Of a DNA stretch of 64,000 nucleotides, positions 27,201 through 39,200 are shown piece after piece. Made by a program: the position numbers and the translations under genes. Numbering within the stretch: position 1 is the stretch's first letter; each line of letters begins with the position of its first letter. The notes beneath the pieces are model-generated. The model saw only the letters and a list, made by a program, of their open reading frames with translations, was not told the DNA's origin and did not search any database. The DNA comes from Phoronis australis (Eukaryota > Animalia > Phoronida). The DNA is taken from assembly GCA_002633005.1 (NCBI GenBank), contig NMRA01000025.1, forward strand, positions 604,340 to 668,339, in the 5' to 3' direction.

Positions 27201-30200
27201 GACGAATGTTGTCAAGGAGGCAAACTTACTTACTGTGAAATGTCAAAAGTAAGTTATTCCAGTATGTAATCCATGGTGACTTAGATGTACCCAGTGCCAC
27301 CAGATGGCAGCACGAGTCATCAGTACCGTGTGACCTATCAACACTGCTTTGGGAGTAGTTTCCCATGATGTGCTGAGGAAGTAACATAACAGTGGTTCAT
27401 TGCATTCCAGGCCAGTCATTGCTCTCCTGGATATTGAGGTTCTAAAAGTGGACGAGTCACGTAAAGACGGTATTTTCCAAGATGTGATCGGCTCTCAAGG
27501 TCCCCCAGATGGCACTGTGATTGTCTCCATGGCTGATGGTAGTCCATATGATGAAGGCATGATGAATGAAGCACTGGCAGCTTTCTCTGAAGTTGGCGAA
27601 ATTGTTCTAGTCAGGTAAGACTGTCAGGAATTGGCAGTGATGCAGATATAATCCACTTGTGTTTGGCCTCAATTGTAATATGAAATTTAAAAAAAAATGT
27701 AGGTTAAAATTCAAATTACAAACAAAATGGAAAAAATTGGGCATAAAACATGCTGGCACTCAACTTTTCCAAATATTCTTATGTCAAGAAGAGGTTGATT
27801 AAAAGTTACATATTTTAAAATATAATAATGCAACATTGATGGGAATCCTTGAACGAATTTCAAATTCTGTTTTCTGCTGATGGTTTCAAAAAGAAATAGT
27901 GAGTGGGTCCCGAGTTTAAAGTGGAACTTGCATGCCAATTCCTTATCTTTGTGAATGCCTACATATAGCGACGATGTGAATATGAAGTGGGTTGAAAATT
28001 ACCAAAATGTTTTAAGAACGAGCTTTGTGTTGAAAATGATGTGCCGTAAATCATTCAATCAAGTCAAGTAAGTATCATTACGTGGTGGGAATAACACTGC
28101 ATGGTGCGGGCTGTGGGAGCCTGCGAGGTATGCCATTAGTGCAAAGGTCACCTATTTGCAGAATGTTTTGTTCTCACTTTGACAAGTTGTCGATGAAATT
28201 AATACAACTGCAATTTGTTTGGCAGAGATTATGTTAAAATAGCATCATCGTTTTAGTTCATGCTATACATTAACATAGTGCGAAGCATGTCGAAGGTCTA
28301 AAGATGGGAGCCACAGGTGATGTGTTGAAAATCTAATTATTTGAGTATTCGTCAACTATTTCCTTGCACTGAAAATAGACAATTCTACTGGCTCTCTCCT
28401 TTCAGAAAATACATACTTTTACTGAATTAAAATCTAGGGCTTTGTAGGTATTCGATACGGTCTTACATAACCTTAAGTCAAAATTTAATTTTTATGGAAA
28501 GCAGATTCATAACAGCTTTAAATACAATAAATTATTGAAAAATAAAAAGTGCATTATTTTCTTGAACTTGATTTAAATTGATCTTTCATTTCCAGGTTTG
28601 TGTCCAATGATATGTGGCTAACATACAAGACAGGACAGCAGGCGATAGCAGCGCTCAGATTTAACGATCAAGACCAGGAGGTCGCCGGTCGACGTCTAGC
28701 TGTTCGTCTGCGCTCAGACAAATGGCAGGAGAGCGTGGAACAAGAGATGAAGTTTGGCGCGCCCAACACACAAGCATTGTACAATGCTTTCACTAACAGT
28801 CTCCTCGGGGAAGACTTTGCCATGCCTGTAATGGAGTATGATATGGAAGGTAAATAGTTATAGAAACTAAATATTGTGTTGAATTAGATGAGTGGTATAC
28901 AGTAAGGTCTCGCCGAATGCGGACAAAAATAATTTGCAAAATGCCTCAATTTCATTTTTTGGTTCTTCTAGTGTTGTCGTGAACACCTACAAATTTTCAA
29001 AACTTTGTTTCATTTTAGCTGTGGTACAAAACTTGAACATCGAAAATCATTTGGTGTTACACATATTTCGTGGAAAAATGATAAAACATAATTTCACTTG
29101 TCGGATATACCGTATTCGCCATAATAACCACCCATGCCCCTATAAGCGCCACCCCACGCATTTTCAGACTTTGCTGAAATAAGCGCCCAGTCCATGAATG
29201 TGTACGTGCAAACAATGACGTACCTACAGTCCTAAAACTCGGCTACTGTAACGTCTTCAATTTATCAAAAAAAATTTGCACGGTTCTTCTAGACCACCAG
29301 CGGCACTGCTATATTTGTATTTAGCCATGACTGTACACTTCAAAGTAACGCCGCGCTTCAAAAATAACGAAACGGCGTTGCTACTCTCGCGATGAATGTG
29401 TCCCACTATGGTCTGACCTTTCAGTACAGACACAGCGACTGTCTCGTGAATAAAAATAACTCGGTGTTAAACGCACGTGGCCAGGAAGTGCGCGCTACAT
29501 ACATGAACCCATAGACGATTTTTATGAATGAACCTGTCAACAAAGACATTAGTCGGGAACTATCCATTCATGAAACGGGTAGCATAGCATCGGCAAGAAA
29601 TAAATATTGGCACTAATTTCCGACAGTTTCTAATACTATAAAAAATATTTGTGTTATTTTTAAGATGGATTGGTTAAGCATAATTGGTGTTTTTAAGCCA
29701 AATATCCGATAAAATGACAACTGACAGTGAATGCTTACACACCCTTACACCGAAAAATAACTGTGGCAGATAGTTACGTACGCATCCAGCTACACAGCTA
29801 ATATGGGCCTTATCGAGACAAATGTCGAAAGCTTTGAGCACATGAGACTGGCAAGTGCTGAATGAAACACGCTCTGGTTTAGGCCTACTGGTTTTGCAAA
29901 TTTCTTTAGATACAATGCACATCTAGCTCGTTAGATTGTGTGGCTCTGGCCAAAAGACGGTCTCTGCTTTTGGCAAATGAACTCTGGTTACATGCACGCG
30001 CTCGCTTACTCACAAACGCAGACGAACTTCAAAACAAACGTCACGTGACAACAACATGAATGTGTTTTCGTCCAGACATTTTTCTCGTGTTGCCAATCAT
30101 ACATGTAGATGGTACGATGTAGCACAGATTTGTACTGAAACCTGCCATTAATCCCGACTCCACGGGAACTTAAAAATCTTAGGGACGCTACTTGGAAAAA

Positions 30201-33200
30201 TTTAAGGAGGATTTCAGGTAATTTGCTTGAGTCGAAACTGTATTTTTATTCAAGCATTCAAGTCGCCCTATCGACGACGACGATTGCGATGCAGTCAGTC
30301 GGCAAGTTTTCGCCCTGGGATTTCACTGAGCACCATTTTCTGTAAAATGATCGTAATTTAGCAGCAAAAGTTGATAGCAATACACCACAGTTTTGTAGAA
30401 AGTCTTTCATAGATGACAGATACGTCACAGAGCGTAAATTTGATGAATCTTAGCTTCCGATTTCACCCGTTTCGGGGACCGGGTTTCAACCTCCTTGGGT
30501 TGTAATAAGCGCCCCCCTGAACCAAACTTTTCTAAGCGTCCTGGGCGGTTATTACGGTGAATATGGTAATGCGTTCTAAATTGGTGAGATTTTATATTAT
30601 TGAAACATATCACGTAGGAGTTTGAAAAGTTAGCATAATTAAGGGTTGACTGACGAGTAACGTTATGTTTGGTTCATGAATGGGAGCTCTTGTTGTATCA
30701 CGAAACAGCAGGTGTCTTCGTATTGATGGATGTCAGGGAAGATAATATCTTATCAAACTCGAGACAGTGCTGTTAGTTGTTGTTTTCACCTTTGTTTAAT
30801 GTTGTGCTGATGTTGTGTTTCAGGCGATGCTGAGGATGACATTGATGAGGATAACGAGGTGGCCAGCCTGACCCTGCCGACCCCACTCAAACCAATCAGT
30901 TCTAGTAGTAACACACCTGTTGGCTCAGGTAAGAAAATTTGGAATATGGCGACCCTAAATTTATAATAACCACTACTACATGAACGTTCCACTTCTGTCA
31001 TTGTGAAATCATCTTTGGCAAAAATATGATTTACTCAATGGTTTGAATTGGGCTTTGAAATTTGCTGGCTTTTTAACATCTGTGATTTCTATATAAATAA
31101 TTTTCTTTTAAAGGACATAACACTCCAGTAGATGGCGCTGCATTTCTTCAGCCATTGGTGGACTTTCAGAACATTAGTCCAGCCAATGCGGAAAAGAGCG
31201 TCCCATCGCGACCTGCCCGACCTCCCCCACGACCCGGTGCACCCCCTCTGCGACCCTCTCTGACCCCAGTTCTGCAGGCAAGAGACGAAGTGCTACAAAC
31301 ATCTCCTTCACTGCTGAATCAGGCTCCATCTCCAATAGATCCATCAAAGACTGTCGATCTGAGGGCTTCGCCAACACCAGGTAGGGGCAAGTCACCAACA
31401 CCTGCAGAGATGAGGAAGTCGCCCACTCCTATGGCCATGAGAAAGTCACCTACGCCAAACAGTAATGGGGTAAGGGTGCTTTTATTTGCAAAATATGTTA
31501 GATTTGGCAAATGTGTTGAGTTTTGGTGTAATGTAAACCATCTGCTTAAAAGCTGAGTTTCTTTTCTATTCAAGCCAGAAGTCGGTATAGTTCGACTGCA
31601 GCCCTTTGTTAACACAAACTTTGTTGAAAATAGGAGTGGACTGTTTCTTTGAGAGCTTAATGCAAAGTCACTCATAGTGTCAAAAAAAATCTCCTTTCTT
31701 CACGCGTGCAGCTATGTAGCAAAACACCGAGAGACATAATAGACAAACAAATTAAAACACTAGCCATATTTTGAGACCCCATGTCTCATCATCAGGCAAT
31801 GAGTGAAATGAACATACGAAATGCAATGAACACTCCAAACAAAAAGTCCAGTTGTGTTTTCAACGAATGTCAGAAGAACTTAACTTTGACGTAATTTTTG
31901 GCTCCTTTAATGGACCAAAAATCATAAGTCTACTTTTATGTTTAGGCAAGTACCACATACACAAGCAAAGACTTCAGAATGTAGAACCATGTTTTGCACT
32001 TTTTAAACATTTTGTTTTTGATTACTACAAAGTAGAAAAGGTTAATGTACTATAACCAGTGCAGGTATCTCGATTTTGAGGAACGATGGGCCCCTCTAGC
32101 ACCTTTATTTTAATTTATACTACATACAACCTATGGCCCCCCTGTGTATGAATGTGAGCGTGACTGTGCGCGCGAATGTTTATACTGTTTGGCTTTATTG
32201 TATTTTGCATTACGATAACAATAAATCTTTTTGACAAAAAAAATTCTAAGTTTCTGCAAGCACCAGTGCTTATGTTCCAGCAAAGTTATTTGATTTTGAC
32301 TGTTACAGTCGAATCTCATCACCATGTACATCAAGGAACCTTGGAAATGTATGTTATAAGGATACTTTGTTGTAACCTGGATGGACTTAATACTTGAGAT
32401 AAAATTGGGACCTTGAAGTTCGTTCGTTATATTGCTGTTGTCGTGATGTGCAGTTTTTATTATAACGAGGATTGGCTGCATGTTGTCCCTGTGTTTCAAG
32501 TAGGGCAGATTTCTCTATGGTTGTGTGTTGGAAATGTCAATTCAAACATAGGTCTATGATACCACTGAGTTTTTACCCAGTGAAATTGTTCATGTCAGTT
32601 ATGTGTATCGTGCAACCGAATTTGTTCAGTCAAATTTGCATGTAATTGCCACAGTCATGTTTGTCAAGTGTGGTTACATTATTGTTTCCAGCAGTCCAAG
32701 TCTGCGGGCAAGCCTTCCAGGCCTGGCCCTCCACCACGTCCGTCTGCCCCACCCTCCCGACCCCCGCCCCCGTCTAGACCACCCGCAAGACCCACCACCG
32801 ACCAGAAACCCCTTACCATCAGTGAGCCAACGTCGGTCAAGCTTCCTCCTCCACTGCAACCGTTGCCTGCAGAAAGTGCTGGTAAACCTACCATTGGAAA
32901 GGTTGGTGTTTTTTGTGGTTGAACATTACAATCTTAATCCGTTACCACTGACCAAGCACTGTCTCTCGAATCAGGGCCCTTGATACCTCGATCTTGTGGC
33001 TTCAGTTGCCCGTTTGTATGAAACAGTCCCAAATAGGTACTCAACTAAGTTCCTTTGAACCTTTTTCGTATTTGTTTCTTTCTTTAGGCACAGATATTTT
33101 TTTCTGTCATTTCATCTTTATTATGAGCTCTTTTTTTGACCAATGGCATTTTCTAATAATATAACTAAAAACTAAGCCCTTAATTCAGTCAAAACAATTA

Positions 33201-36200
33201 GGGACTTAGTCCTAAATTAGAGGTGTTGCATGAAAAGAACTCAACTAATTTTCAATAAAATTGAGAATTTATCTCAATTTGTATCAAAGCCAAAAATTGA
33301 CTTAGTAAATAATGAGACTCAATCAACATAATAAAGGACAGAGTGTTTTCACAAGTCCACAAATATGCAGGAGATCAAGGGAACTTAGTTGAGTCCCTAT
33401 TTGGGATTCTTTCATGTAACTTGGCACTTACCTCTCTGAAAAAACATTTTGATAACCACCAGGTCCAAAAATGATCCTCAAATGATAAAAAGTTCTCAAG
33501 CTTAGAATCACATTCAACTTGAGTGAGCAGAATGCCAGAAGATAAATTTATTAACATTAATTTTGATTGTTAATCTGATGAAGTGTTTATCTTCTTACAC
33601 ATTATTTGGTAATTAAAAGATACAAAACTACAAGTGTTTACACGTTGTTTACTGTTATTTGGTAATTAAAAGATACAAAACTACAAGTGTTTACACATTG
33701 TTTACTGTTATTTGGTAATTAAAAGATACAAAACTACAAGTGTTTACACATTGTTTACTGTTATTTGGTAATTAAAAGATACAAAACTACAAGTGTTTAC
33801 ACATTGTTTACTGTTATTTGGTAATTAAAAGATACAAAACTACAAGTGTTTACACATTGTTTACTGTTATTTGGTAATTAAAAGATACAAAACTACAAGT
33901 GTTTACACATTGTTTACTGTTATTTGGTAATTAAAAGATACAAAACTACAAGTGTTTACACATTGTTTACTGTTATTTGGTAATTAAAAGATACAAAACT
34001 ACAAGTGTTTACACATTGTTTACTGTTATTTGGTAATTAAAAGATACAAAACTACAAGTGTTTACACATTGNNNNNNNNNNNNNNNNNNNNNNNNNNNNN
34101 NNNNNNNNNNNNNNNNNNNNNNNNNNNNNNNNNNNNNNNNNNNNNNNNNNNNNNNNNNNNNNNNNNNNNNNNNNNNNNNNNNNNNNNNNNNNNNNNNNNN
34201 NNNNNNNNNNNNNNNNNNNNNNNNNNNNNNNNNNNNNNNNNNNNNNNNNNNNNNNNNNNNNNNNNNNNNNNNNNNNNNNNNNNNNNNNNNNNNNNNNNNN
34301 NNNNNNNNNNNNNNNNNNNNNNNNNNNNNNNNNNNNNNNNNNNNNNNNNNNNNNNNNNNNNNNNNNNNNNNNNNNNNNNNNNNNNNNNNNNNNNNNNNNN
34401 NNNNNNNNNNNNNNNNNNNNNNNNNNNNNNNNNNNNNNNNNNNNNNNNNNNNNNNNNNNNNNNNNNNNNNNNNNNNNNNNNNNNNNNNNNNNNNNNNNNN
34501 NNNNNNNNNNNNNNNNNNNNNNNNNNNNNNNNNNNNNNNNNNNNNNNNNNNNNNNNNNNNNNNNNNNNNNNNNNNNNNNNNNNNNNNNNNNNNNNNNNNN
34601 NNNNNNNNNNNNNNNNNNNNNNNNNNNNNNNNNNNNNNNNNNNNNNNNNNNNNNNNNNNNNNNNNNNNNNNNNNNNNNNNNNNNNNNNNNNNNNNNNNNN
34701 NNNNNNNNNNNNNNNNNNNNNNNNNNNNNNNNNNNNNNNNNNNNNNNNNNNNNNNNNNNNNNNNNNNNNNNNNNNNNNNNNNNNNNNNNNNNNNNNNNNN
34801 NNNNNNNNNNNNNNNNNNNNNNNNNNNNNNNNNNNNNNNNNNNNNNNNNNNNNNTAATGCTGTGCTAATCTCGTATGTTGGTAAATTTGTTTTTAATTCT
34901 ATGTTTCTGTGGTGCTTTAAGCAACTGGTGTATAGGATGTGCTTGTATTATGAAGATTACTCACATTTTGCCCCTAGCCTATTGAGGAGACAATGACCAT
35001 GCCTTTCCATTTTGCAAAGTATGCCCTCTACTGGCCACTTTATGGTACCAATAAACAACCCTAGAAGGATACCGTATGCAGTGCAATTGTGGGCGCATTT
35101 CAACGCTCCGCGTTGCTCTTGTCTAATTTATTATAAGTTCCCATTACTTGCAAAAAAATATTAATCAGTCATTGAAAAATGAGAAAGCGATCATTTTGGC
35201 AATTATTTTTGTGCAAAGCAAGTAAGAATTGCCATATTGTTAAAGGCATTTTGAATGCTTAAGTTGATTTTTGTGAAAATGAAATTAAAAAAATAGCAAT
35301 TTCTCAAACTAGTTAATGTTACACAGTGAGCAGATGGTGGACCTTGAAAGCTCTGTTCTCTCATACTTTGGTTCCTGCAACTGTAATTAATAGTTGAGTG
35401 CTCCATAGATTTTCAATCTCAGCCCCGATACAGAAAACTTTGCCTTTCCACTTGGGTAATGATAACGGGAAACAAGCAATGAAACTAAATACAACAGTGA
35501 TTCATCAGAAATGCAGTGTGTGCACTGCGCATTCTGTCCCAAATAGTTTGAAAAATTGTTAATTCATTTTTATAAAATCTACTGAATTATGGCTCAAAGA
35601 ACGTTTCAGAGAAAGTAAAATATGTCAAACTGACCAAAAACACCAAATAATATTCTTCTTTACTAAGTCCAATCTCCATTGGTAATGTTGTTCTTTGACT
35701 TTCTTATATTCACCCCCTCAGATAAGTCGAACTTCACTGTACTTAATGCTAATTTCAGACAAAGATAATTGCCAAAATTGACCTTTTTCAAAGGCTTCAA
35801 ACATTATCATGAATATTCATGACTTCTCAAAAAATGTATCATGGTAGTAATGGCAGAGAACTAAAAACTTTTGAAGCTACGAGTTTTTCGTGAACAAAAT
35901 GAAAAAAATCATTTGTCTGCCATACTGCGTTCTAAGTCAGTGAGGTTTTACAGAAATAGGTTAAATCTGTCAGTCTGGTATAGTATGGGCTGAGTACTGT
36001 ATCTTCTCATACAAAAATTGGATCCTTGAGTTTGTTGTATTTGAATTGAAAGTTATAATACGCTTGCATTATTAAGTTAAATTTTCTTTTTGAATAGCTT
36101 TTTTGACTGACTCGTTTCTATTTGAGCCAGTGGAATCACAAGTTGTTGAGAATTTTTTAAAATTAAATTTTCGTTCTTGTAGCTTATTAGTTTTGATGAG

Positions 36201-39200
36201 GTAAGAGATTTTACCTTCTTAATTAGTTCCTGATTGTCAAATACCATTTTGGTTGACCGCACATTGACCTTTCCTTAATTTGTTTTTCCACTGATGATAT
36301 CAGCTTTTGTTTTTATTATTTAATTAATAGTTTAAATTTTGGTTTTACTTGAATGTTGTGTTACCTATTTCAAAACTGTTGTTCATTTGCCAACCATTAA
36401 AAACCAAGCAATGACATTCTAATAATTTCTTAATACTCAAGGTCCCTTTTAGAATTGTATTGGCTTTTGCAAAGTGGAATTAATTTTCATATTTTTTTTT
36501 ATTTTCACAGCACAAGCATAAGAATTTAATGTTTTTACCCTTCATGGCTTCCCTAAAACAATGTTATTTAAATTGTTAATTATGACAGTAGTCTCAAATG
36601 AAACCTGCATCATGACACCATTTAAAGTGTGCCATATTGAGACCCAGTGCAGAACTTTCTACAATTTTTTTATTGTACTTATATCTCAATGTACTTATAT
36701 CCTGTTGTTACAAATTAAGTTTTCACGTATCGTTAAGTTTTTTTATTGAATAATGTGCCTTTTATTTCCCAAAACCACTTTAAAGTGGTGATGTTGTAAC
36801 ATCATTTCTAAAATAGTTAAAGCAATCTCTAGTCTATTGGCATTGGCACAGCATTTCAATATGGTTACTTCTCTGGCCATCTTCAGGCGTTTAAAGCATT
36901 CTTAAGAGAGTGATCACGGTTATGTGGTGAACTAGTGGTGGTCGATGATGGTATTTTTTAGCACGCTTGGAATTTGAACAGCAAATCTTTCGGTTGTCAA
37001 TCCTACATTCTTAGCACTATATGAATGATTCATCTAGTAGTGAGAGTATTGACTGACAACCAAAAGGTCTACGGCTCAAATCCCGCATGCGCCAAAAAAT
37101 CCCTAAAAGGGCTCATCATGAGTAAACCAAATACCCACCTGAAGATGGTTGGAGAAATAACTTTCTGAAATATCGCGTCAATGTAAAGAGGCTAGAGATT
37201 GATGTATATAGAGCAAAAGATTTTAGAAATGATCTTCCTATTTTAGTTTTATATTTTGCACATTCTGTTATTTTCTTGGTTGCTATCTTTTGTTGTGTAT
37301 GCCTGTTTCAGTGTTTTGTTGTTTGTGTGTTTAGATGTCTAGACATAGTATGATCGGTCTTCCGACTAACGTCACTCACAAGGGCACTAAAAGTGTAGAG
37401 GAGGCAGAGCAACTCATAAAAATGTTGATGACCTCTCAGGACACAGGTATGACGTTGTGATGGACAGGTGTGACAGTATTTAGTGCAGATAAGATCAGTG
37501 ATACATTTTGTATTCACCTTATGCATCCCATTCTTATTCATAAATGAAATTACATTAAATGTGTCCTTTTAAAAGGGTTCTAAACCTTGTTTTGGTAATT
37601 TCAACCAATCCTTGTTATGTCTCCTGCTCATGTATCAATGGCATCTCACTTGAGTGATAAAAGCATGATTCGATTAAAAACACAATCATACTTTGTGTGT
37701 CATAGGTTGGATATTGTAATTGTTCTTGATGGCTGATCTTTTCCTACAGTTGACGTGTAATTTGCCTTAAGTTTAGGTCACGCTTGCCCATGTAACAAAC
37801 TTGTGGAATTTTCAAAATGTCCTCCTAACTTTTGAGGATTGATGAAGTTGATAGCATTATTTTGTTTTTGAGAGCTAGATGGGAACGTTGTTTTTAGCAT
37901 CTGCAAACTACAGGCCAGAACTGGGTTTGATATCTTTTTAACTCTCCAAATGCCTATTTGATTTGATTTTTCGGCATAACCTTGAACCAGATCACTAGTC
38001 CAATAACTTAACTGTTTGTTCTATTGGTACTCAATGTGCAATAAGCCCACTTTCTATCAAAAAATATCTTTTGGTTTAGGTCATTTACCATTAAAAAGTT
38101 ATCTCAGCTTGTTCCTTAAAATATTAAAAGTGATTTGTAGAATAGGTAAGTACTGACAGATTTTGCTCAAGAATAGGCTCAACAAGTTGCCCGGACCTAA
38201 GTTTGATCTCAAGCAAGGGCACACTCTGCCAGTTCTTCTTGATTTTTAAAGCAGTAAGTGGCCAAGATTACAAATAAAGCTTTTTTGACAGAAGGCAATT
38301 TTGCTGCACCTTTAAATTTAATATTTGAAAACAAATGTGCAAGTTTTATTGGCATTTGTGCTTTGTAGTTTCCATAGTTTCCAGTGATGTGAAATTGTTT
38401 TCCAAATGAAGTGTCTCCATTAAAAATTGGTTCTGGTGTACATTGTGTAAACGAAATGATGCGCAATTGCTGAGCAATCCCTTGCCACTGGAAGAATTCT
38501 TCACTTAAAGATTTTATTTTCCAGTGAATGAAGACAACAAAAGTACACCCACGGATCCAAAATTAGACACTAACATACCGCATCCAGCACCTCGTCACAA
38601 GAGTTCGGACCAACCAGGGAATGGGTCAACCAATGATATTCCAGTACCAAAACCAAGAGCCAGAGACAACTCTTCACTATCTAAACCAGAGCCCAGTGAC
38701 TCTAAGCCAACTCCCGCTCCAAGACGAGAAGTGCAGAGCATGTTTGTTTCTGCAGATTCAGTTCAGTCTATTCCACTGAATATGACTGCTGCGTCTCAAC
38801 TTGTGGTCGGTAGTGAGGCAAAAACTTCCCCCGCTGAACCGAAGCCTTCAGAGAGAAGGGGGCCACCCCCTCCAGTGCCCTCGGGGGTGACTACCAAGGC
38901 AACCTCAGCTGTGAATAATGTGGATCCCACACCCAAGTTCTCTCCTCCGCCAGTGGCACAGTCTAGACATACTGTTGCACCAGAAGATAAAACCTCAGGT
39001 AATGAGGATGAAAAACAAACTGCTGATTCAGATTCAGGTAAAAAGCCTGGTAAAACAGCGTCATCGAGAGGGCCACCACCCCCGAGGCCAGATTTAGCCC
39101 CAAAACTAGGAGAAACCAGGGGCCCACCTCCTACTGTGCCTTCACATCGACCAACAGCAAGCACCACATCTTCAGATGATTTCAGAAGAGGCCCTCCACC

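Noticed and set aside
38796-39167. Gly-rich minus-strand ORFs (also 31319-31675, 32679-32894)
   Set aside because: Antisense shadows of Pro-rich synaptojanin exons.
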